This document shows positions 56,042-64,000 of a stretch of DNA of 64,000 nt, piece by piece. Position 1 is the first letter of the stretch, and each line of letters begins with the position of its first letter. The DNA comes from Macrostomum lignano (taxonomy: Eukaryota). Below the pieces are notes generated by a model. That model was not told the DNA's origin. It saw nothing but the letters and a program-made list of their open reading frames with translations, and searched no databases. The stretch is from the NCBI GenBank assembly GCA_002269645.1, contig NIVC01000758.1, positions 186,001 through 250,000 on the forward strand. The letters run 5' to 3'. A program made the position numbers and the translations under genes.

Positions 56042-59000
56042 ATGACGACCTCCGACATTAATCTAGATGTTCCAGGTAAGTCTTATGTACTTGATTTTAT
56101 TGACTACCTCTAATTGTTTTTTATTTGTATTACCGTATTTTTAACATATAAACGGAAACGACACTGTTTTTGATTTGACGCGATATGGGCCCATCAGTGC
56201 ATTGCATGATAACTTGATATTTCTGATTTTTTAATTCCAATTTTGCAGCTGGCACAAATGCTATGTTTTATATACAGCTGAATTTTAATTTCCTAAAGTT
56301 GACTACAGAATCTTGTTTTTTCAGTCACCTTTTTGATGAATATTTTGGATTTAAATATATTCATAAGATTTAATATTGTGTCTTTCGAAATTTACCTTTG
56401 GAGTCATTTGAAGCACAATCTTAAATCAGAAAATTTTATATTTTTATATATTTTGATACTTACAGCTCATTCAAATAAATAACACAATGCAAAGAATTTT
56501 CATCATGGTAATATAGAGAGTATGAGTATGTCAACAAAAATGCATCGCTCAAGTCCCTTAGAAATTGAGCCTCAGCATTGTTTATTTATAGCGCAAGTTA
56601 GATTTTCTATTTTGTTTCTTTGTAATCAGCATTTATTTGGTCCTTTGAACAGCAATGAGTTCAACCCTTTATTTATTGATAAAATGTAATGATATCTGCC
56701 TGTAGATAATTATTTCTATGCTATTAAGCAAATTTTCAGCTAAAATCAAAAAAAGTTATTCTGGACATGATTTTTCTAGCTTTTTATTTCTGAAAAATGT
56801 CCTTTATCTTAGTTAGAAGTAGGCATTTTACTTTTTTATTTTTAATTAGAACTTATCGAGCTTCAGTTTAATATGATTTTCAATCATGAAGACTAAACTC
56901 TTCTTGGTAGAAAGGTTCCTAAGCTTTATACTTTTATATGTGTAATTGCTGTAAATATATAACCAAATGCGCCACTGATTTCCCTGAATAAAATTTCGCA
57001 GACAGCGGCGCCGTTTTTGCGTTCGGCAAAAATGTGCCGACAAAATTTTACATCCGCAACGACACAGTGGTGGCCGCGGCCTGCGGCGAAGGCCACGCCG
57101 TGGTGGTCACCTCCTCTGGTCGGGTGTTCGGCTTCGGACAGAACGACTACGGCCAGCTGGGCCTTGGCCACCGCAACGCCCAGGCCAAGCCGTCCTGCGT
57201 CAAGAAGCTGCGGGAGGCCGGCCTGCACGCCCTGCGGGTCGCCTGCGGCCCAACGCACACCCTGGTGATGATTGAGGGCGGCCGGTGCTTCGGCTTCGGC
57301 AACAACTCGGACGGCCAGCTGACTGGGGAGGCCACGGATCTGCCGGACCCGGTGGAGCTGCTGTACCTGGACGGCAAGGACATCAAGGATATCGCCGCTG
57401 GGCGGTCTTTCAACCTAATGCTCAGCAAGCAGGGTGTGCACTGGGTAGATCTTTGCTGCGATAGAGCTTGGACTGGATTCTCAATAGATCAGTGACTAGA
57501 TGTCTAATAGATCAGTGACTAGATGTCCAATAGATCAGTGACTAGATGTCCAATAGATTAATTACTAGATTTCCAATAGATCAGTGACTAGATGTCCAAT
57601 AGATCTGTGACTAGATGTCTAATAGATCAGTGACTAGATGTCCAATAGATCTATTACTAGATTTCCAATAGATCAGTGACTAGATGTCCAATAGATCTGT
57701 GACTAGATGTCTAATAGATCAGTGACTAGATGTCCAATAGATCAGTGACTAGATGTCCAATGGATCAGTGACTAGATGTCCAATAGATCAGTGACTAGAT
57801 GTCCAATACACTCGCGGCCATCAACGCCCCTCTGCAGGCGACCTGTACGCCTGGGGCTCCAACGCCGAGGGCTGCCTTGGCCAGGGCGCCGGGCTCGAAG
57901 AATCCCGCGACGCGCTCGTCCTCGTTGAGCTGCCTGAACGCGTCGTGGCGATGGCAGCGGGTGCCTACCACGCGGCCTGCGTGCTGGCAAACGGCCAGGT
58001 GTACGCCTGGGGCGAGAGCGAGGGCGGCAAACTCGGCCTGCCCGGCTCAGAGGAGAAGGAGTACTTTTACACGCCTCAGCGAGTGAGTAAAGCAGACTTC
58101 TGTTTTTAATTGCTTCAACGGCAGTCTGTCAATCAATATTAATAAACATTCAGGTTCCCCTGCCAGACGGTCAGGCGGCTCGCTCTGTGGCCTGTGGCCT
58201 TCAGCACACTCTGGTGCTCACCGAGACCGGCCGCCTTTTGTCCTGCGGAACCGGCGACAGCGGTCAGCTCGGACTCGGGGCCGACCGGCTCTACGCCCCG
58301 CTCATGACGCCGGTGGAAGCCGTCGAAGATGTGGAAATGACCAGTAAGAGACTCCTCACACATGCTCGATGCACCCACCTCACTCCTTGCCCCCAGACAC
58401 CAATCTCCACTTCCTGCCTCAGGCATCCACCTCACTCCCTGCCCCAGGCACCCACCTCACTCCCTGCCCCAGGCACCCACCTCACTCCCTGCCCCAGGCA
58501 CCCACCTCACTCCCTGCCCCAGGCACCCACCTCACTCCCTGCCTCAGGCACCCACCCCACTCCTTGCCAGGCATTATTCATTCTCGAACGCTCCTCTCCA
58601 CCGCAGGCGTGTCCGCAGGCGAGCGCCACTCCGCATGTGTGAGCGGCCGCTCCGGCCATCTGTACGCCTTCGGTGACGCACTACACGGCAAGCTGGGCCC
58701 GACCTCCCGACGTGGCCAGTCCAACCAGTACCGGCCGTTCCGGACGGAGGCTCTCGCCCGTCTGCGCATCCAGCGCGCCATCTGCGGCAACCTGCTCACC
58801 CTGGTGCTAGCGGCGCCGCGCTCGCCAGACGATCCGGAACTGGCCGCCGCCGAAGTTGACGACACGGCAGCGGCGGACTTCGCCGACGACCCGCTGGATC
58901 CGATGTCGGCGATGAGCCCGCGACCGCTGTCCCGCACTCTGGCCGGCAAGTCGGGACCGGGGGTGGAGCCGGACGGCAGCCTGGCGTCCACCCTGCTGGT

Positions 59001-61542
59001 GCGGCGCAGCACGCGGTCCCGCATGAAGTTCCGCGAGTCCGCTGCCCGCCAGTCGTTCGGCCCGACGATGACCGACAGCGTCGACGGCGGCGGCCTCTTT
59101 GCCAACGGGGGCACGGCGAACTTCGAGTTGCTGCGGCCGCGGCAGCGACCAAGTTAGCGAATTTGAATTTGGGCTGCCCGAACTGGCCAGGGACAAGCGA
59201 AGAAGAAGGGCGTTACGATTTCACTGGAGGCAGCAAAATGCACAAATAACGAGATTAGAAATTTTCATTTTTTAGCTGCAAAATCATAATCCCTCACCTT
59301 ATGTGTGCACTTTATAATAAATGCTGGCTTGCTTTATTTGCAATTCTAAGATCCATAGGTGGGGTTTGTTTAATTAAGCTCTAAAAGACTGAAAACTCCC
59401 CATCTCACAAGTGACTTTGCCAGCGAAAACTCGGTTCCCGGACCAGGTTCGCCTGCTCGGTCCAGAATCGTCATTTGTTTTGAGATTTCCCTTTGAGGAT
59501 TCCCTTTTTGAACTCCCCTTTTGAGGATCACCTTTTTCGAAATTTATTTTCAGGACTTTTACATTCAGCATGCATTAATGGGATTTTCTGCAGGATTTCT
59601 TTTTTGGGATTTCAATTTTAGGGATTCAAATTTTATGGATTCCCTTTTAGGGATTTTCATTTAGTATTTCTTTGGGGGATTCCCTTTGGGATTCCCTTTA
59701 GAATTAACTTTAGGGATTCCCTTTAGAGACTCCCCTTTACGGATTTCCTTTAGGTATTCAATTTAGGGATTTCCCTTTATGGATTCCTCTTTAGGGATTT
59801 CCCTATTGAATTTTCAGCCCACTGTAGGCTTCCACATTAAGTATCCTTAGAAAAGTTTGCAATTTCGAAAATTCCGCAATACGAGCTAGCAATAATAATA
59901 ATAGTAATAGCACTCTACTTTGAGTTCGACATGAGAAGTTGGTATATTTGCCTTATTTTCCCTTCAGAGGTGGACAACGCCGCAGCCGAGGAAGAGATTG
60001 TTCAGGCCAAGGTACGAGTATTAAGAACTTGCTTGAATGGAAAACTCCTGCTTCAGTTTCAATGTTTTTAATTCCATTCAATTTCCGGGCAATACGCAGT
60101 CACAGGCGGCCGTGGAGTGCCAGCCCGGCGTTCGGGTGGTGTCGGCGCCGCTGGCAGCAGCCGACACGGACGGCGGGAGTCCCCGGGTTGCGGAGGAGAC
60201 CGCGGACACGGCTGCGGCGGCGGCGGCGGCTACTGCCGATGATGGTCCAATACCGCAGCACGTCATGGCCGTCACGCAGGTGAGGGCAGGATTTGGGTCC
60301 AAATTTTCTCATTGGAGTCAGGAAACACAAGCTATCAGAGAGATTCGCTTAAATTTCCTTACTTGCTACTCACGAGTAGGCGATCTCTTCTATCTCGCAT
60401 TTGGAATTTGTGATTCGGGAGCTGATATTTGTATTTTTGGAATTAGGATTTTGAGTTTCGGGATTTAAGATTTGGGATCTGGGATTTAAGATTTGGGATC
60501 TGGGATTTGGGATTTAGGATTTGGGATTTGGGATCTGGGGTCAGTTCCCGTCTCTATGTTAAACAACAAGCAACACTTCAACATGCTGCACATTTCTGCC
60601 GAAACCCTCCGTCAGTTCGACAACCTCCTGCAGCCGCCGGGTGACCTGTCGCCCGACACGGACGAAGAGGCCGCTGCCCAGCCCGAGCAGGTTCAAGAGG
60701 CGAAGAAGCCTTTGCCGAAGAAGCGCAGCGAGGCTAAGGTGAGCAGCTGAAGCAGATGATTATCGAGTACTTGATGTACTTAGCAACGCAGAGCATTCTG
60801 CTCCCGCATCGCGGCAATCCCTCAGCCAAAGAAAGCCGTCAGCGAAGAAGCCGACGCCACCTACGCGGAGCCGCGCGCCAAGCCGAAGAAGAAGGGCAGC
60901 GGCAGGCGGTCCCGGCCGTCTCTGCCGCCGCCTCCGCCGCCGCCGCCGCCGCCGCCGCAGGAGCAGCAGGCGCAGCAGCCGCCGCCGTCGAAACCGCCAT
61001 CGAAGCCGAAGCAGTCGTCGGCGGCTGGAAAACCAGCAGAGCCTGCAGTCCCGGTTGAAGCTCCAGCGGTGGCCGAGACTCAGCAGCAACAGCAGGCGGC
61101 CCCGGAGCCAATCGAGGGCCTCCCAACGCCGCCGCCGCCACCACCGCCGAATTCGGGCATGACGAAGGGCGTCGGCTGTGGCCGGGGTCGCCGCCAGCCC
61201 CCGCCCGCCGATGCTGCCGCCCCCGAGGCCGCTGGGCCCGCTGCTGCGGCGGAGACGGCGGAGGCGGCTGGCAAACCGCAGGAGAACGGCGGCGCCCAGG
61301 AGGCGTCCGGAGGCTCCAGCGGCGCCGTGTCCGGAGTCGGCTGCGGCGGCCGGCGGCGGAAACCGGCCGCGTCATCAGCGCCGACCGACAAACCCGAGTC
61401 GACGACGGAAGCGACCGCCGCCACCTCTGATGGTGGCGCCCCGGCCGTGCAGAACGGCGGCGAAGCGGTGCCTGCGGATGGAGCGGCAGCTCCAGATGGA
61501 GCGAAGACGGAAGGCGGCAGCAGATCATGCTCGATTCTTTAG
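56042..61542 (+). CDS. RPGR: RPGR-like RCC1-repeat protein with C-terminal CaaX (CSIL), ~836 aa
   Basis: Exons 56042-56075, 57002-57433, 57838-58082, 58154-58343, 58607-59152, 59968-60011, 60100-60279, 60616-60738, 60826-61542; phases are consistent. The N-terminus VP|DSGAVFAFGK matches RPGR PDSGAVFTFGK. RCC1 repeats include GQNDYGQLGLG..KPSCVKKL, WGESEGGKLGL and FGDALHGKLG...LAAP. The protein ends RSCSIL (human constitutive RPGR ends CTIL). Confidence 0.9.
57480..57808. repeat. 23-bp minisatellite (ATAGATCAGTGACTAGATGTCCA)n in RPGR intron 2
   Basis: Direct tandem units. Confidence 0.9.
58365..58565 (-). repeat. 25-bp minisatellite (CCACCTCACTCCCTGCCCCAGGCAC)n in RPGR intron 4
   Basis: Reverse complement of the 51635-51985 unit. 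Confidence 0.88.
59570..59820. repeat. Degenerate GGGATTCCCTTTA-type repeat in RPGR intron 5
   Basis: Recurrent GGATT(T/C)CC(C/T)TTTA motifs. Confidence 0.6.
60400..60540. repeat. Degenerate 14-bp (GGGATTT..GATTT) repeat in RPGR intron 7
   Basis: Recurrent GGGATTT/GGGATCT motifs. Confidence 0.6.
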
Positions 61543-61565
61543 GCGCGATTGATCGCTGCGTTGGA

Positions 61566-62272
61566 TCAAAGAGACCGATAAATAGATCAAAGAGACCGAT
61601 AATTAGATCAAAGAGACCGATAATTAGATCAAAGAGACCGATAATTAGATCAAAGAGATCGATAATTAGATCAAAGAGACCGATAATTAGATCAAAGAGA
61701 CCGATAATTAGATCAGAGAGATCGATAATTAGATCAAAGAGACCGACAATTAGATAAAAGAGACCGATAATTAGATAAAAGAGACCGATAATTAGATCAA
61801 AGAGACCGATAATTAGATCAAAGAGACCGACAATTAGATAAAAGAGACCGATAATTAGATCAAAGAGACCGACAATTAGATAAAAGAGACCGACAATTAG
61901 ATCAAAGAGACCGACAATTAGATAAAAGAGACCGATAATTAGATCAAAGAGACCGATAGTTAGATAAAAGAGATCGATAATTAGATCAAAGAGACCGACA
62001 ATTAGATAAAAGAGACCGATAATTAGATCAAAGAGACCGAAAATTAGATAAAAGAGACCGATAAATACATTAAAAAGACCGTTTATTATATCAAAAGGCC
62101 GATAATTAGATCAAAGAGATCGATAATTAGATAAAAGAGACCGATAATTAGAGCAAAGAGATCGATAATTACATCAGAGAGGCCGATAATTAGATCAAAG
62201 AGACCGATAATTAGATCAAAGAGACCGATAATTACATCAGAGAGGCCGATAATTAGATCACAGAGGACTCCC
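61566..62272. repeat. 21-bp minisatellite (GAGACCGATAATTAGATCAAA)n immediately 3' of the RPGR stop
   Basis: Direct tandem units. Confidence 0.92.
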
Positions 62273-64000
62273 ACTTACATGTTAAATGTATTAACAAACT
62301 CAGTACTTATTGTATTAATCGAATTGGCTATGTCCTTATCTATTTTTAGCATGGTTATTATAAATCGTATTTTATCGCTTGCGACAGAGCTTGTGCTGTG
62401 TAAATGTGTACTCTCTGTGCTGTGTACAATTCTGTGATTTTATTGAAGATATTATTTTAAAAGCAATTTTACTGATTTTCTATTTACTTATTTGCCAGAT
62501 TTCCCTAATCGAATTTTTTTATATTGTTGTGCCATGACTGCGAGAAAAATCTGCTGGACAGCACAGACCAATTATTGGTTGTTATAACTATTGTACACTC
62601 GCTTGTTGCTACTGCTTGCCCCTCCTGCTCAGTGAGTAGTGCAGTGCGCGCATTCACTTGACTTCTTCAATTTATGCAAAACTCTCAGCTTACCTACGCG
62701 GTCTAAAGTCCCTGAGATTTGCTTTCAAAGACGCTTCTCTGACCTCTCAATTGCAGTGATGTAGCTTTTCGGGAAATTATCAGTTCGATTCGAGTAAACA
62801 TTATTATCACTTTTGATATTGATATTACATTTAAATTCCTAATTCTAGAGATACCGGTATTTTTCATTGAATTCCGATATTTTCTACCCAAATTTGGTAT
62901 TAAGCACCGACTTTTTATCAGTGTACAGTTGCAATGATTCTTGGCTTGGCTTGGTAGAACATGCTCTTCCAGGAGAAGCAAGAATGATGTTTGCAAAAGA
63001 TCTGAGCAGTCTTGAGTTTGAATTAATTATTTTGATGATATTATACTGAATTTTACTTTGCGATATCAAGTTTTTATTTTCATGCCTTTGGCTCGACTAT
63101 AAATCTCAGTTTGACTTGGGCGTTCTTGTTAACTATTATTCTGCTTGATACATTATTAACTCATGATGCAGGTAGCACAGGTGATGGCTCGAGACTTTGA
63201 GCCCTTGGGTGTCTGCTTGTCTGCGAAGAAAAACAACGGCATCAGGAAAACTGTAGCAATCCCCGCCTGTATTGCCCACCCATCGTATATAGACAGTGCT
63301 GCTCTCCGCTCAAAACTTATGGGGGAGTTGCTGAGATGCTAAGGGTCAACTGGGAGTTTTTGGTAGGCCTTAGATCAAAGGTAGGGTTAGGGCCATTGGC
63401 TTAAATGGAGGCTTTGATGCCAAAGCTCACAGGGGGTGCTGATGTCTGACTTAGGCTAGATAGCTAGATAGATAGCAGAGCCGCGATGCTTTTTGCTTTA
63501 AACATAATTTTCCAGACAACTGCATTTATCTCGACAACACTTGCTCCCGCGTCCGGGTGAAAATATTTGAATGTTGATGAATGTAATTGTCGAAACTCTG
63601 CAAAGAGCTAACGCAAAGTTGTTAACTGGTTATATTAGGGCGAATTTCAATTCACACACTACCATGCTTTTATGTATTATCATTGAAAACTAAAAACAAT
63701 TTTTTAATGTTGCTACATCATTCTTAACTGATTCTATCTTAATCATTGACCATGAAGTTCAACCATAGACAAAATCCATTCTGCACGCAGAATCTAAAAA
63801 GAATGCATTCACAGTGCATTTCTCTCATCTAGCCTAAGCCGGTTCGTGCAAAGTTCGGCCATAGACAATGATTTTAGCGAGACTGAGTTCAGCAGCTTTC
63901 ACGATCTCCTCAGTTTAGTCTATGGTCTGTGGGCTCTGCAGTTCCCATTCTGAGCGCCTTCCCTCGGCTTTTGTTCAGCAGCAGGCGAGCAGAGCAGCAA

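Noticed and set aside
63150-63310. Stop-free minus-strand stretch (AESSTVYIRWVGNTGGDCYSFPDAVVF...) as a possible exon
   Set aside because: No convincing splice-site pair, codon bias or recognisable motif; left unannotated.

Overview
Eukaryotic (animal) genomic DNA, not prokaryotic. GC-rich spliceosomal exons are separated by GT-AG introns, most of them filled with minisatellites. This texture suggests a free-living flatworm such as Macrostomum, but that is inference only. I could hand-splice nine protein-coding genes with consistent intron phases: a Tbx20/H15-like T-box gene (+), a parvin (-), a rhodopsin-class peptide GPCR (+), an orphan 353-aa gene (-), a small secreted 8-Cys protein (-), a 17-exon EFCAB6-like EF-hand gene (-), a MAP9-like gene (+), a shorter paralog of its C-terminal half (+), and an RPGR-like RCC1-repeat gene ending in a CaaX box (+). 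The left edge holds the 5' part of an apparently intact Ty3/Gypsy element, with an uninterrupted gag-pol ORF that the ORF track missed. There is also a decayed Gypsy relic, a hAT-type MITE with an 8-bp TSD, and about 40 tandem arrays. Most long ORFs in the supplied track are repeat artefacts. The most notable observations are: a 1.5-kb intron segment with no CpG at all; splice-acceptor motifs just upstream of the start codon in eight of nine genes (possible SL trans-splicing); a cluster of cilia genes containing a duplicated MAP9 module with its own RFX X-box; related or identical minisatellite units at distant loci; a triplicated splice donor in the GPCR; and an orphan secreted cysteine-rich protein. 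Gene names come from my recognition of motifs, not database searches, and repeat boundaries are approximate.
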